Positions 31,268 to 32,000 of a stretch of 32,000 nucleotides of DNA are shown piece by piece. Made by a program: the position numbers and the translations under genes. This stretch comes from Alkanindiges sp. WGS2144 (GTDB lineage: Bacteria > Pseudomonadota > Gammaproteobacteria > Pseudomonadales > Moraxellaceae). The stretch's first letter is position 1, and every line of letters starts with the position of its first letter. Below the pieces are notes generated by a model, which searched no databases, was not told the origin of the DNA, and worked only from the letters and a program-made list of their open reading frames with translations. The stretch lies in assembly GCF_043950625.1 (NCBI RefSeq), contig NZ_CP171007.1; one strand, written 5' to 3'.

Positions 31268-31569
31268 GGTGTATTCCTAAAAATCCTTCCCAATAAGCAA
31301 ATGTAAATTCGCATTAGCTCTGTAGTAATTCAATGGCATAAATATTCATTTTTAAATTTTTTAATTCAATTAATTAAGCATAGGATTCAAAGAATTAGTT
31401 GTCATATTCTGCCAATGAGTACTTCATCTGGCTTTTTTTAAATGCATTAGATAAAACAATTATAATTTCTACATCATTTATCTGGCTGTGCTTTTATGAT
31501 GTGCTTATAAATACAGCACCCACTGATATAACAATCAATGCGTGCCGTAGATAGCTAACAACTGATGGT

Positions 31570-32000
31570 TTAGCTCGCTCGCGCCTTGCGCTGTTGCAGC
31601 TTGGAACCAAGTACCATGATTTTCTGATAACCTGACGGCAACAAACGCTGCATCAGTTCTACCATCTTGGCGTCGTTGCCGATCAGCAGGCGACGGTCAT
31701 TGTTGCGTACAGCCTGCAAAATCTGGCGGGCGGCTTCCTCTGGCGGAGTGCGCAGCAGCTTGTTAAATTCCTTGCTGGCTTTTTCCGGGTTCATGCCCAA
31801 GCTAAGAATGCTGTCATTCATGCGTGCTGCATTGGCAATATTGGTACGAATGCCTCCCGGATGCACACAGGTAGCACTGACGCCATTGTTCTGGATATCC
31901 AGTTCCTGGCGCAAGGATTCGGTAAAACCACGTACCGCAAACTTGCTGGCATTATAAGCACTCTGAGTCGGCTGTGCAGTTAGGCCAAATAGACTGGATA
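31570..32000 (-). CDS. SDR-family oxidoreductase, 3' part (gene runs off the right edge)
   Basis: Reading the frame beyond the ORF track start gives SSLFGLTAQPTQSAYNASKFAVRGFTESLRQELD..., which contains the catalytic YxxxK. The track's M at 31914 is a TTG inside the gene. Confidence 0.85.
   Translation of the reverse strand, partial: SSLFGLTAQPTQSAYNASKFAVRGFTESLRQELDIQNNGVSATCVHPGGIRTNIANAARMNDSILSLGMNPEKASKEFNKLLRTPPEEAARQILQAVRNNDRRLLIGNDAKMVELMQRLLPSGYQKIMVLGSKLQQRKARAS

Noticed and set aside
31412-31439. Terminator-like element on the plus strand (imperfect hairpin CCAATGAGTACTTCATCTGG followed by T7) in the TetR-SDR spacer.
   Set aside because: The stem needs bulges, the region is extremely AT-rich so T-runs are expected, and no plus-strand gene or promoter precedes it.

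Overview
This looks like a conserved, housekeeping-dense chromosomal segment of a gammaproteobacterium. It is probably Moraxellaceae/Acinetobacter-like; that is an inference from how closely the Ppa, ParE, AtpB, AtpE and Zur N-termini match sequences I remember, with no search run. Gene order, left to right: ppa (truncated), a MAPEG-family membrane protein, a small membrane protein, fadD and parC. Next come a 4-TM protein, an ankyrin-repeat protein, an HPF/RaiA-like protein and a 412-nt gap, followed by parE and yqiA. Then an orphan GHSMGG alpha/beta-hydrolase, dsbB and gshA (1-nt TAATG overlap), a DUF924 protein, a lipoprotein and an EamA/DMT transporter. The complete F1Fo operon atpIBEFHAGDC lies on the minus strand, followed by the zinc-uptake locus znuA <> zur-znuC-znuB with a Zur box. 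The window ends with a DUF2798 protein, argS, a SPOR-domain protein, a TetR regulator and a truncated SDR oxidoreductase. I saw no rRNA, tRNA, CRISPR array, transposase, integrase, phage gene or recognisable defence gene, and no obvious compositional island. I could not compute GC statistics. I did not find convincing evidence for a novel multi-gene system here. The things worth a second look are modest: the three small genes between parE and parC and the structured gap beside them, a long zur leader with a 21-codon uORF, and a 12-bp perfect stem-loop between atpI and atpB. Also notable are a long atpC 3' UTR ending in a two-faced terminator, a 23-bp palindrome over a promoter between the DUF2798 gene and argS, and the gshA-dsbB overlap. 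All functional calls come from reading the translations by eye; no database search was possible.
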